This document shows, piece after piece, positions 1 through 11,350 of a stretch of 64,000 bases of DNA. Where the stretch lies: sequence record NC_023688.1. The stretch is one strand, 5' to 3'. How positions within the stretch are numbered: the stretch's first letter is position 1; every line of letters starts with the position of its first letter. The translations under genes and the position numbers were made by a program. The notes below the pieces were generated by a model. It ran no database searches. It saw only the letters and a list, made by a program, of their open reading frames with translations, and was not told the origin of the DNA.

Positions 1-51
1 TCATACGAGCTATGAACATCGCAACAAATACAATCAGAATATAATAACGCA

Positions 52-3000
52 TTACATGTCCTCCAGAATAACGATCTCACGGTCTTTCGGGTTTGCGTCA
101 TAGTCAAAGAAAGACATCACGCCATCTTTGCGAGCGGTCAAATAACCAAGATGATTATCAACTTGCTCGATTGTGTAGCCGTTTTCTTTCAGAAACATAA
201 CAACTTCTTGATGCGCGTGAGTGCGACCACACCCAGTCCAGTCAATCACAGCGGCTTTAGCACCAGCGTTGTTAGAAACAAACAGAGCATTGCGAACGTT
301 ATTCGGATTAAACATGGTGTATTCCTCTTGTCTTGATATGGTTCATTATACGCTAATGAACCATGGCGTCAATCACTTTTTCAAAGCTTTTGGATCAAAA
401 TGCCAGAATCGAACTTTTTTACCGTTGTGCATGTATTGATCAAACACGATACCATGAGTCTTGCGCATATGCTCGATGTTTTCTTCGGACTGTTTGAATG
501 CATTGCGAACGTCGCGCTCCCAAGTCTCAACCCAGCGAGTTTTAACAAACTCGTTGATCTTGTCGTCTTTTCGATTATACATGTCCAGATGTTTGTTGAA
601 ATCTGAGTTTTCGCGCAGATAATCAACGATATCATTGTTACTGAATTTCACAAACGGAACACTTTTGATAGCCGGAATAGCATACATCAGAACGGCAGCA
701 CGTACACTCAGTTTCTTTTTCATATATTAACCTCTTACGTTTTTAATTACGGATGAACCAATATCAGCGATTGTACCAACTGCGGCAATAAGCAGCACGA
801 TAACAACCACACAGAAACCAAGTGCGACACTGGCAATATAAACCCAGTTTTCGATAATCCACGAAAACACACTAACAATTGAATCAAGCATTCAAGTGAT
901 CCTTTAATACTCGAAGATGATCGGCACTCAGACCGCGAAGTTGTTTCTTCGCTTCTTCCAACAGATTGTGATCTCGATTCTGCTTTTCATCAACAACAAC
1001 ACGAAAAGAATCACCGAAAGATTTTGTGACTTTCACACCGTTTGCTTCATTCAGATGATTTGCATTCAGAACCTCAACTGGCTGAAAATTGTAGCCATAG
1101 TATGGGTTCTTTCCCTGCAACAGCAGAAGACTTACAATCTTTTTGATCTCACCAGAGTAAACACCAAGGTGACGAATTGAGCGACCTTCACAATCGCCCT
1201 CAGTTGTTACGCTATAAGTTGCCATGATTTGCCTCAGATTTTAAATTTAACGATTTCGCTTTTGTGGATAACGATCACGGTTTGACGCTTACGCCAGAAC
1301 TGATACCACTTAACTCGAACGTAATCAGCCATTTGCATTACTTGCTCGACCGATGCGGTAGTAACAGAGATCTCACCATTAGGCAGTGACATCATAACTT
1401 GGTCATTCACGATTTGCAGATTCATAATATTTTACTCAGTTGAGTTGATTCAGTAAACTAGACAGTGCTTCGGCATATGCGAGTGCCAATCCTAAAAGGA
1501 TTACAACAACAATCTTACCGAATAGTTGATCTGACATAATGATTCCTCGTTTCGATGTAGCTATATTAACAGAACCAATTAGGTACACAAGGACTTTAGG
1601 TGATTTTTTAACCAATTATTTTTCGAGACATTAAAAAACCCGCCGAAGCGGGTTTAGTCTTTCTTTGATGCTAACATAGCAGCCATCATTAGATCGTGTC
1701 GTCTTTGTTCTTCTTTCTCTTTGCGCAGATTCGGAAGAATCAACAGCAGAATGATAGAGAAAAGCGGGGTCAGAAACACAGTGATGATAAACCAACCCAG
1801 CACAGATCGACCGCGAGAGTTAGCCAACACCAAAGTTACGATCAGAAATACAAGCCACCCAATTGCGATTGTCATTTAATTACCATTATGATAGTTGATA
1901 GCGTATTCTTTCAGCTCTTGATAGAATGCTTGATACTCGATTGTTCGAATGATGTCCTTCGGACCAATGCCCTTCAAACGTCGAATATCGCTATTAGTCC
2001 GAAGATCGCTCATTTTGATATAAACAGAACGAATGTCCAGTTTAACCCGAGCTTTGTAATCTTCTTTACTTTCGCCCGGACGCTTGCTCACGTTTTCAAC
2101 GAGTTGAATCGCGTCAAGACTCATGCCGTTAGAGATCAACAGATCTCGACCGTTTTCGATGTCTTCGATGATATCGTGAGCCAATGCAGCTTGTTTGGTA
2201 GCTTCATCAGCACACTCAGGAAGTCCCTTCAAAACTGCTAGACAGTGTTCGAAATACGGGTGACCACCTTTGTCATTGACATCGGCAAATGCAGTTGCTA
2301 CCAGTGCATAAAGTTTAGATAGAGTCATGATTTATTCCTCAGTTGATTAAGTGCGACCATTATAGATCGCACTGTTTTGGACTACAAGCTATTTTAGAAC
2401 TCTGGGTTCATTTTGCTATGAGTACCGGAAACAAGAGCAAAGGTCTTGGAGTACAGCCACTGACCAGTCAGCTTTTTGCGCCAGAACACACGACCGTTAG
2501 AGGTCTTGATAGTTTTCAGACTCTCGGAGATTTTCACGATGGTACCACACGGGTAGTAATCACCATTGAAAGTCATGCTCACTTCATCACCAACTTTCGG
2601 CATTTCGATTACATCAAAGCGCGGGCTTACCCATTCGCCTTTGTCGATTGCCAGCAGGTTTTTACCTTCGAATTCATCAACGATAGCTTGAGCATTCTCC
2701 AGTGATTTGAAGTCCCAGCGAGAAACGATGTAGTGAGTACGATCAGCTTCGCGAGCTTTCATTGCGTCGGTAGCGTTGGTGTAGATTTCTTTGGTGTTCA
2801 TATTGAAGTGCAGCATGATGTAATCCTCAGAGTTTTCGTTGAGACTGTTTCGTCTTGATGTGACTATATTATCATAGCCACGCCGACGGTCAACTACTTT
2901 TTTCGAAAATTAGTAATCTTTTCCATTTCGACCGGCACTATATACCATTTCTCGATATATCTTGATGCTCTTTTCATATGGATCTGAGATGTTATCCATA

Positions 3001-4557
3001 TCTCGATAGAATTCTCGATTGTTCTTACTATCTCTGATATACTTACCGAGATAGCAACCGATACCGGTCAGATAGGTACGCATGGATTGCGTATTAAGCA
3101 TTTCAGACGGAATAGTTTGAAGTAGTGCTTTCAGTTCGTTGAAACGTTCTACCACTTTCTGGTATTGTTCATCGAACTTAGAAAACTCAGCCAGATTCAT
3201 ACGAAGTCGATTCATATGTCGGAGTTCGAACGCAAGTTCGCGAGATATTACTCCGAATTTACTTGCAAAATCAGGATTCATTTGATCTCCCTTTTAAGAT
3301 TCGCATTTCCATTTCAGCACAAGCGGCGTTATAGAAATCACGTTTGGCTTGTGCCAGTTCTGGAACAATCACGTTCATCCGATGCATATACAGATCATCA
3401 AGACGATTCAAAATCTTGACACCATCGCGAGACAACTTACCGTTTTCGGTTTGTGCTTGCTTCTCAAGCTCGATTGCTCGAATGCAGTTCAACTGATAAT
3501 CAGCCGACAATTGTCGCTCTTGCAACCGCTTGTATATTTCCAAAATATCAATTTGCATTTTTCAGTCCTATATACCACAGTTTACCAACACTGGTATGTT
3601 GATACCGTTCTTTATCCCACATACGGCGTCTAACGGCACTTGTGTGTTCATTACCACCGCTCGTTTTGTCTAGCCAGCGCATCATGATACGGAAACAGAG
3701 TCCCACGTCCATTCTGAATTCGCAAGCCATTTCATCATAAAGCTTGTCATTGACATAAAGCCGACAATGATACTTGTTGTTGATCCTTGTCAGCTTAGTC
3801 TTGGTTTTTAGTTCGCTCAAATAAGACGCTCCCCGGTTACAACAGTTTTACCACTTGAATAGTAGCCATACTGTTTCCACTTGCGATGATTGCCAATCAT
3901 GATATTCTTTGCCGCTTGTTCCGCTTTCTCCGCAGTATCATAAGAAACAGTATAATCAACACGGGAAATACCTACAGCACATACGAACGGATAAAATTTC
4001 ATGATTAGCTCCTCGATTTGATAAAGTGATTGTATCAGATTCTATCAACAACAAGCAAGTGTTATTTGATAAGAAATTCGATTGTCGGATTGGTGATGAT
4101 CTGATAGACACCAACTGATGTCAGACAAAACAAAAACATCTTGATAACACAATCAAGAAACCCTCTTGTGCTCCACCACAAGGTGATAACACCAAGAACA
4201 AAAACACTCAACAGCATATAGATAGTCAACATAATTTTCTCCTTAGTTTAAACAATCAATTTCTTGTTTCCAATGATAGAGATCAACATAACCTTTTGCC
4301 TTGATCTTTTTCATAAAAGCAGTTGCCACAGAGAAAGCATTCATATAATAGCTATCATCTTCGGCATTAACAATCTTACCACGAAAAACGTGCTTCAACC
4401 GATAACGAACCGGAGAATCAATTCCTTCCAGAATGATAGTACAGCAAAAATCATCACTCAGACCTTCTGGAGTCATACACGCAACAATGTCACCACGCTC
4501 AACAGCGAGAGCATAACGGGATTCACCAGTGCTAGTCTTTTCGTTGATGTTGATCAT
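52..4557 (-). other. Cluster of about 12 small hypothetical early phage ORFs (includes the HD protein listed separately)
   Basis: Tightly packed minus-strand ORFs of 60-150 aa with GAGG/AGGA Shine-Dalgarno sites, downstream of repeated early promoters; no family recognised. Confidence 0.7.
1876..2328 (-). CDS. HD-domain phosphohydrolase, RelA/SpoT hydrolase (Mesh1/SAH)-like
   Basis: Motifs HPYFEHCLAV, AALAHDIIED and IKMSDLRTN match the HD_4/(p)ppGpp hydrolase pattern. Confidence 0.8.
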   Translation of the reverse strand: MTLSKLYALVATAFADVNDKGGHPYFEHCLAVLKGLPECADEATKQAALAHDIIEDIENGRDLLISNGMSLDAIQLVENVSKRPGESKEDYKARVKLDIRSVYIKMSDLRTNSDIRRLKGIGPKDIIRTIEYQAFYQELKEYAINYHNGN

Positions 4558-4574
4558 TTTGATTCACTCAGTTC

Positions 4575-4616
4575 GTTTCGATGTAGCTATATTATCATGT
4601 TCACATTTGATGTCAA
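4575..4616 (-). promoter_or_regulatory. Repeated phage early promoter (representative of at least 7 copies)
   Basis: TTGAC(A/G)/TTGnnn-16 nt-TAATAT/TAAGAT-AGCTACATCGAAAC. Other copies at about 1549-1590, 2856-2893, 11269-11310, 16887-16928, 21350-21392 and 28703-28744. Confidence 0.8.
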
Positions 4617-4617
4617 C

Positions 4618-4648
4618 AAAAAAGCCACCCGAAGGTGGCTTTTATTTT
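4618..4648 (-). terminator. Repeated intrinsic terminator AAGCCACC-TTCG-GGTGGCTT-T-tract
   Basis: Same cUUCGg hairpin at about 11325, 21404, 24342 (minus) and 59207 (plus); related hairpins at 1634, 28760 and 31141. Confidence 0.85.
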
Positions 4649-6093
4649 TACGCTTGTTCGTCGCTACGTGCGCGAGCTTCGTCAAACAACTCTTTGGTGT
4701 ATTGATGGGAGCAAGTCCCGTCCATCAGATAAGTAACAAACTCGTTGCTGTGCTCATACTGAGCAAAACGCGGGTCAAGAACGTTTACAGTCTTATATTG
4801 ACCGTCAATCTTGACGAGACGCATACGACCAGCTTTAGAAGCTTTCCATGCAGCGTCTTTCGGATTCTTACGAACACCACGCCATTTGCCATTTACGCGA
4901 ATTGCAGAGCATTTGTAAGCCCACTTCTGGGTGTCGCGGTCGCATTTCTGCAACAGTCCACCACCCATACCGAAAGCAACGTTTTCGACACTGAAACCCA
5001 GTTCTTTGATGAACTTCAGGCAAGCTTCGATGTCCTTATCAGAACTCAGACCGTCGCCTTGAATCACACGATAGCTACCATGCAGAACTTTATAGCCTTT
5101 GCTGTTCACAGTGAAACCAACGTTTTTCGCGATAGTCTCCAGAGCATATCCGATATTATCAAACATGTCGCCAGAGTCAGGACGAATCACGCAAGTACCG
5201 CCGCGAGCCAGAATCTCTTTCTTGAATTCACCAGTGGTCAGACGATCAACCGCTGCTTTGTAGTCGATAGAGTCAGCAACAATCGCATAAACACCGTCGC
5301 CCCAGTTGCGAATGCTGTTCCAGAATGCTTCGTCTTCTTGTTCAGGAGTCAGCAAACCTTCATCACCATAGCAAATGGTAGTGCTATGCTCACGCGCTGG
5401 GATACTGATACCAACAGCGATATCATGAGCCATGTTATAGATGTCTTGTGCAAGAATCAGAGCTTCAACGGTATCAGTACCCATGAAGTTGATCAGATGC
5501 GCCAGACCACCCAGTTTCGCCGCTTGTTCGCAAGTCGCACCGCGAGCACCGAAGTCGTGCAGGCGAGTTTTCAGAACAAAGTCAAGATCAGCACCTTCCA
5601 GATCTGAGGTTTCTTTCAGATACTTTTTGCAAAGCTTCTTGATTTTGAAACTCAGAGTTGCAACAGAGCTGGGATACCAGTGACCGCGCAACACGAAAGT
5701 TTCGAGGTGACCACCGATGCTGAAAGCAGAACCGAAAGTCTCCAGAACCATAGTTGCATTACGACCCGGAATAACTTGACCGTCTTTTGCACCGTACATA
5801 TTAACCGGCAGTTTACCACCACGTTCAGTTGCAATTTTCATCCACATGTCATACGCGAAGATATCGCGGCCGAAGTGAGATTTGTAAAGCAAGTTTGCGC
5901 GAGTTACGTCAGCGACAGTAATACCCTGCTCCAGGACACGCGCAAGAAAGTGAAGACCAGACAACATCACAGGATCATCGATTCGCGGTTCGGCGTAGAA
6001 ACTAGCGGCATCGCTACCTTCTGGGAACTGCCAAGGATGGCTGATTTTGTAAGAGTCAGTGGAAACACACAGATTGGATTTAAATACGTTCAT
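4648..6093 (-). CDS. nadV: Nicotinamide phosphoribosyltransferase (NAD salvage)
   Basis: TDSYKISH, LHDFGARG, IPAREHST, VIRPDSGD, VIQGDG and AFGMGGGLLQ motifs. Start placed at MNVFK behind a GGAG site; the ORF track extends to 6144. Confidence 0.93.
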   Translation of the reverse strand: MNVFKSNLCVSTDSYKISHPWQFPEGSDAASFYAEPRIDDPVMLSGLHFLARVLEQGITVADVTRANLLYKSHFGRDIFAYDMWMKIATERGGKLPVNMYGAKDGQVIPGRNATMVLETFGSAFSIGGHLETFVLRGHWYPSSVATLSFKIKKLCKKYLKETSDLEGADLDFVLKTRLHDFGARGATCEQAAKLGGLAHLINFMGTDTVEALILAQDIYNMAHDIAVGISIPAREHSTTICYGDEGLLTPEQEDEAFWNSIRNWGDGVYAIVADSIDYKAAVDRLTTGEFKKEILARGGTCVIRPDSGDMFDNIGYALETIAKNVGFTVNSKGYKVLHGSYRVIQGDGLSSDKDIEACLKFIKELGFSVENVAFGMGGGLLQKCDRDTQKWAYKCSAIRVNGKWRGVRKNPKDAAWKASKAGRMRLVKIDGQYKTVNVLDPRFAQYEHSNEFVTYLMDGTCSHQYTKELFDEARARSDEQA

Positions 6094-6216
6094 TTGAAGG
6101 CTCCCTTCATTGATTGATGTTTTTGTTTTGTGATTTCTTATCACAAAAAGATTGTCTCATATCTTTAGACACAAAACAAGCTTTTTGTGAGGGGTATTTT
6201 CTACCCCTTCACGTTA

Positions 6217-6891
6217 TCAGAATACCAGTGCAGCGCCGAGAACTGCGGAGTTGTCATAACCAACGCCAGTGGTGACGGTGTGACGCATCTTGACATACGG
6301 CTGAATCATATGACCGGTGAAAGTCATTGCAACTTCATGCTCATTTGAGGTCGGAGTGTTCAGATCGAAATCGGTACGCTCATGGAAACCTTTGCGAGTG
6401 TAGTTGTAACCAACAGTCATTTCCGGATGCAGTTCATAACTAACGCCAGCTTTCACTTTGCTGTAGTCTTGACCTTCGTTCATGAAGCTATAACCGGCAC
6501 CAGCGTAGGTATACAGTTTAGCGAACGGCATATATTCAACAATGCCCTGAACGTAGGTTTCGTGATCGGTGTTGTCGCCTTCGAAAATGCCGTATTCGAC
6601 ACTCGGAACAAAGGTGAAATCATCGGACACTTGCAGGCTCTTACCCAGAACACCAGCGGTGTGTTTGTTGGTTTCGTGCTTTACTTCCATGAAGTAGTCA
6701 GCTGGCAGAGCAACACCCATACCGTATTCGGTTACATCGGTGTTAGTGTTACGCTCGATATAAACCTTTTCCAGTTGTACCTGAGCCAGTGTTTCGGTGA
6801 TTTCAGACGCTTGAACGCGCTGAGTACAACCAAAAGCGGCAGCAGCCACAGCCAAACCTACGATTACGGAGTGAACAAAATTCTTAGACAT
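6217..6891 (-). CDS. Outer-membrane beta-barrel protein with signal peptide (possibly KdgM/OmpL-like)
   Basis: N-terminal signal peptide, alternating amphipathic strands (KVKAGVSYEL, TVGYNY, QPYVK) and C-terminal Phe (GAALVF) typical of BAM substrates. Confidence 0.65.
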   Translation of the reverse strand: MSKNFVHSVIVGLAVAAAAFGCTQRVQASEITETLAQVQLEKVYIERNTNTDVTEYGMGVALPADYFMEVKHETNKHTAGVLGKSLQVSDDFTFVPSVEYGIFEGDNTDHETYVQGIVEYMPFAKLYTYAGAGYSFMNEGQDYSKVKAGVSYELHPEMTVGYNYTRKGFHERTDFDLNTPTSNEHEVAMTFTGHMIQPYVKMRHTVTTGVGYDNSAVLGAALVF

Positions 6892-7618
6892 CAAGGTATT
6901 ACCTCTTTAGTTAGTTGAAATTAAAGCAACAACAAGAATCAACATTATGATTAGTACCTTGTTGTTACTATGTTTGCTTAACGTCTCTAGTATACGATGT
7001 TCTATTGCTATTTTTTGCGATTGCTAACGGAACTATCAAAAACGTTAAGCTCAAGAACTTATGTTGATTATACATTAGTTCCAGTATATTGCAAACAATA
7101 TCGTACAAGCCCATATTGCTACGATGGTTGACGGTCGGTGAAGAAAATCAAACCAATCGTCCTTACAGTAACTCCGTCATATATCGACTATACGCGATTG
7201 TATAATCGGAGTCAAATCCAGTAATGTCGTCCCAATCTTGATTAGGGTCTACCTTGATGATAAACCCATAACCGAGAAAAGGAATTTCACTGTTTGTTGC
7301 TACGCCAACAACGGTAGCTTTATACTTGCCAACGTTGCCGACTTTCTTGGAGACAAGTTCAACTTCAACTCGATCTCCGTTTTCAAACGGTCGCATCAAA
7401 TAATCCTTGTTGTTTTGCTTGCTCGAATAGCGGGTGATTATCCGAAATCGATATATCAAGAGCTTTTATGATAAGACTAATGTCTTGTAATGTCAACTCT
7501 TTTTTCACGATTTTGTGTGTTTTCGGAATATAGATTGAACCAACCAAACTATTTCCACCGCGACGATACCAGTTTTCTCGTTGCTCGATCAATTCGTGTT
7601 GATGAAGTGCATCTTGAC

Positions 7619-8593
7619 TCACAGCAGATTACTCCTGTCACCATAGTTTACTTCTTCAACGTACATTTCGTAAAGGAAATTATCCCAGAACTCGGTATCC
7701 ACTTTTTCACGCATACCGTTTTTCTTGGCGATAACAATCTCTTTCTCGACGTCATTCATGAGCTGTTCGAGATACGGGTTAACTTCATCGACAAGACTAC
7801 GCTTTCCTAGCTTGATGTCAAGGATAAATTCGCGATGTTTCAGTGGGAATTTCAGATCACCAGTTCGATAGATCTCAAGCAGTTGCTCACCTCCGCGCAC
7901 GGCATGAGACAGTGCTTTCCAGTCAACACCGACCTCTTCTTTGGCTTTCTTAGCACGATCACCGTATTCTTCCCAGATCTTTGTGATCTGATGCTCAAAT
8001 TCAGTAAACTTGATGCCATAAAGATACTTGCGACCCAACACTTCATAGAATTGAACAACTTCACCGGTTCGACTAATTTCAGCACCCGGGAACGTGAATT
8101 CATCGGTAGGCAGTCGTCCAACGAAGCTGGACAGACGGTAGCCACGTTCGTCTTGTGGTACTGCTTTGACTACTGCCATAACTCGTTCCAGAGCGGCCAA
8201 TCGCGTACCTTTCACACCGTACTTTGTTGCTTGTTTGCGACAGTAACCCAAGAAAGCGTCCATCTTGGTAGTGTAGAACATCGAGCGTTTTTGATGAATG
8301 TAATCCCAATATTTCGTGGTTTCGATCAGTTGATTACTATGCAACATATCAATGCACATAGTTTCGCCTTTGCTTGCGAGTCGCAAGAACTGACGCAAGG
8401 ACATCATTTCGGTATCGATATCATCAACGGTATTTTTACCTTTACCGCCAGTCGATTCGTTGTAGACCTCACGTCCACCAAGAATGATTTCGCGAGCAGT
8501 AGGGATAAAGATCCCTTTATAATCTCGGTCGGATGTTGGCGTACTCAGCCCATACAAATGCGAGCCGAACACGGTTTTCATTAGAGTTTTCAT
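7619..8593 (-). CDS. DNA polymerase beta-superfamily nucleotidyltransferase (RlaP-like)
   Basis: FGSHLYGLSTPTSDRDYKGIF is the GS..(Y)G..DxD signature; C-terminal WKALSHAVR...G.L helices. Confidence 0.8.
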   Translation of the reverse strand: MKTLMKTVFGSHLYGLSTPTSDRDYKGIFIPTAREIILGGREVYNESTGGKGKNTVDDIDTEMMSLRQFLRLASKGETMCIDMLHSNQLIETTKYWDYIHQKRSMFYTTKMDAFLGYCRKQATKYGVKGTRLAALERVMAVVKAVPQDERGYRLSSFVGRLPTDEFTFPGAEISRTGEVVQFYEVLGRKYLYGIKFTEFEHQITKIWEEYGDRAKKAKEEVGVDWKALSHAVRGGEQLLEIYRTGDLKFPLKHREFILDIKLGKRSLVDEVNPYLEQLMNDVEKEIVIAKKNGMREKVDTEFWDNFLYEMYVEEVNYGDRSNLL

Positions 8594-8936
8594 TTAGTTT
8601 CCTCGAAGAAGTCAACAGATTTTGTGATTTGACTTGAACTTTCTTTGAAATAATCAACCACGGTTTGTTCGTTTCGACCCATAGCACTCATGAACATTTT
8701 TGCTTGGCTTATCGTCATTGGACCGGTAGTCCGATTCCAACCCAGAAAAACGAAATACTTCTCTTGTTCTTGAATCTGAATCCCATATCGAAGCAGATTC
8801 TTATTCAGAACCGGCAGCTTGCTCAAGAATTTATCGCGATCCAGATAGTTCATGATCTTGACGTAGACAAGACGACAAACGAGCAGGAACACGAAAAGAA
8901 TAATAACTTCTTTCAGACCAATTTCAATAACGTTCA

Positions 8937-9263
8937 TTACTGCATCGCCTTTTGTTGATAGAGTTCAGCCAAGTTTTTGTTCAGTCGCTCGATAGCTTGA
9001 TCCATAGTCTCAGCATTCGAATCATAATTATCAGCGGTCGAATCATAATGTGATGTCGATTTGCCATGATTCACAGACCAATGAGTCGAAGTTGTATCTG
9101 GGCAACGAGTCACATACAGATTTTGATCTGATTTGGATCGTAGATAAAACACTTTACAGCCAGTTAGACCTTCCGGCATTTGATATGCGTTCGTGGTCTC
9201 AGTTGTTACAGTATCGCATCCCATTAGAGCAAATGCAAGAGCAATTACAGCAAATTTTTTCAT
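8937..9263 (-). CDS. Lipoprotein
   Basis: MKKFAVIALAFALMG-C lipobox. Confidence 0.7.
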   Translation of the reverse strand: MKKFAVIALAFALMGCDTVTTETTNAYQMPEGLTGCKVFYLRSKSDQNLYVTRCPDTTSTHWSVNHGKSTSHYDSTADNYDSNAETMDQAIERLNKNLAELYQQKAMQ

Positions 9264-11350
9264 ATTTCAAGCCACTCCAGTATAGGTAAAATCGCTTTGA
9301 GAACCATGATCATGAAGTCGTTACTCCCGATCATGGCCCAGATTATCACGTTCAGAACTAACGCAATATCACATATTACATTTAATCCTTTCGCCACCAT
9401 TTGTCGTCGTCTCTCATGTCATTTGATGTATTAGATCTTATCACAACGGGAGAGGAAGTTACAAGTGGTTTTTCCATTATTTTTGTTTCGAGAGTAGCAT
9501 ATACAGGGATGTATTTCTGACTGAAATCTTGACCTTGTAACATTTTCTCGAAATTGCGCAACACAATATCTTTATTCGGTCCGCTAATGTCTTGATACTT
9601 ACTTGACATTAAACTGACGATACAGATACTTGCCAAAGATCAGCTTGTTCAGATCTTTGGCATTCTCCGCCTTTCGAAGCAGATTATAGGTTTCGTCAAT
9701 CGACAGAACCCGAGTTTGTTGACCAGCGTCACTAATAAAAGAATATCCGTTAGTGGTATCGGTCGGAATTTTCGGGATACCATACGAATCGTGAATTCGA
9801 ACGGTGATACTCTTGCTTTGCATTGCGGCAAAGATCTCGTTCCAGTGTTCGCGAATCCAAGAACGGCGCATATTGAATTGAGTTTGCGAACGTTCTTTGA
9901 AATAGCTGGCAACAAAGTAAACGATGGCAGCAAAAGCAATGAAAAGAGTTGTCATCATAGCGGCAGCGTAAGCCATTTTATTCTCCAGTTTCGTTTTTTG
10001 GAAGAGTATGAGTATCGAGATCGTCGGCGCACTGTACCCAGAAGTCAAACACTTCCGATGGATAAAGCTCACGACTCATTCGAGTTTCGGACTCAAAATA
10101 GAACGTTAGAATATTCTTTTGTTTGAGTTCATACCCTTGTTTTTTGGAATTGTGCTGAATGATATCCCAGTTTTTCTTGATTCGCCGAGAGCTATAGAAC
10201 TCAATGAACATAGTCATCAGCGAAACAACAGCAAGAATAACACCAGCGACAATACCGATTACATCAATCGACGTCAATTATACCTCCAGTTTGTAGCAGT
10301 CAATGAAAGCCTGAGCGTTTTTGTTGATGAACTCAACAATTTTATCACAAGCCAGTTCTCTGGTTTTCTGTTTCCGCAGAACTGGAAACTTCACACCGGA
10401 TTTCCACTTGCAATCACCACAGATAGCTTCAAACTTGGTTTCACCAGCATGAAGCATGAAGTGAGCCCAACGATTGTTGAAATACTCAAGATCAGAACAA
10501 CCAATCTTAGCACCAACCATGATCACTTCCATTGTCTCTTCGCCGAGTGACTTGCGAGACTTAACGCGCACGTATTCTACCAGACGAGAATCGATTTTGG
10601 ACTTTACTTGTTCAACAAGAGCTTGATTCATGATTTTCTCCTTACGCTGCTTTTTTCGGGTTATTGTAAACGTAGGTTTTGCGACGTTGTACTTTACCGG
10701 CGAACTGAGCTTCCAGTTTAGCAGCGACTTGATCGCGAACCATTTCCACAGTCTTGTCGATGTAACGACCGATGGTACGCGGGGAAACGTTCAGTTCGCG
10801 AGCTACTTGAGCTTTGGTTTTCTTAGCAGCAGTTACAGCGAAGTAGGCTTTGATTTCGATGTTGTTCATGATGTTTTCCTCAGAGTGATTGTTTCGTTTC
10901 AATGAGGCCATTATTACATGGCCTCTTAGTCGTGTCAAACTTATTTTTGAACTTTTTTCTGATTTTTCTGGATTTCTTTCCAGACTTGCTTTTGCAGCTT
11001 TTCGCGACAACCATTACGATTCATCAGATAATCGTTGGTGATCTTTTGTTGAGCGTGAAACCAGTGAGCAACAGCTTCACTCAGAATAACACGCTGTTCA
11101 GCTTCCGGGAGTTTCTTGAACTTCTCGATACCGAAGTATTTGATACGAGACACAACACCATTTGCCATACGCTCAAGCGCGTCACGATTAACATTGAACT
11201 GCTTTGCGATTGCGTCGAACTGTGCTTGAATTGCCATATCCATGATGTTTTCCTCAGTTGTGTATTTCGTTTCGATGTGTGTATAGTAACACAACGGCAG
11301 ATCGACGCAAGGACTTTTACACAAAAAAGCCACCCGAAGGTGGCTTTAGT

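Noticed and set aside
4264-5607. 447-aa plus-strand ORF and many other long antisense ORFs (e.g. 7835-8584, 24231-25094)
   Set aside because: They lie opposite recognisable genes, have no recognisable motifs or Shine-Dalgarno sites, and fit the antisense shadow of biased codon usage.
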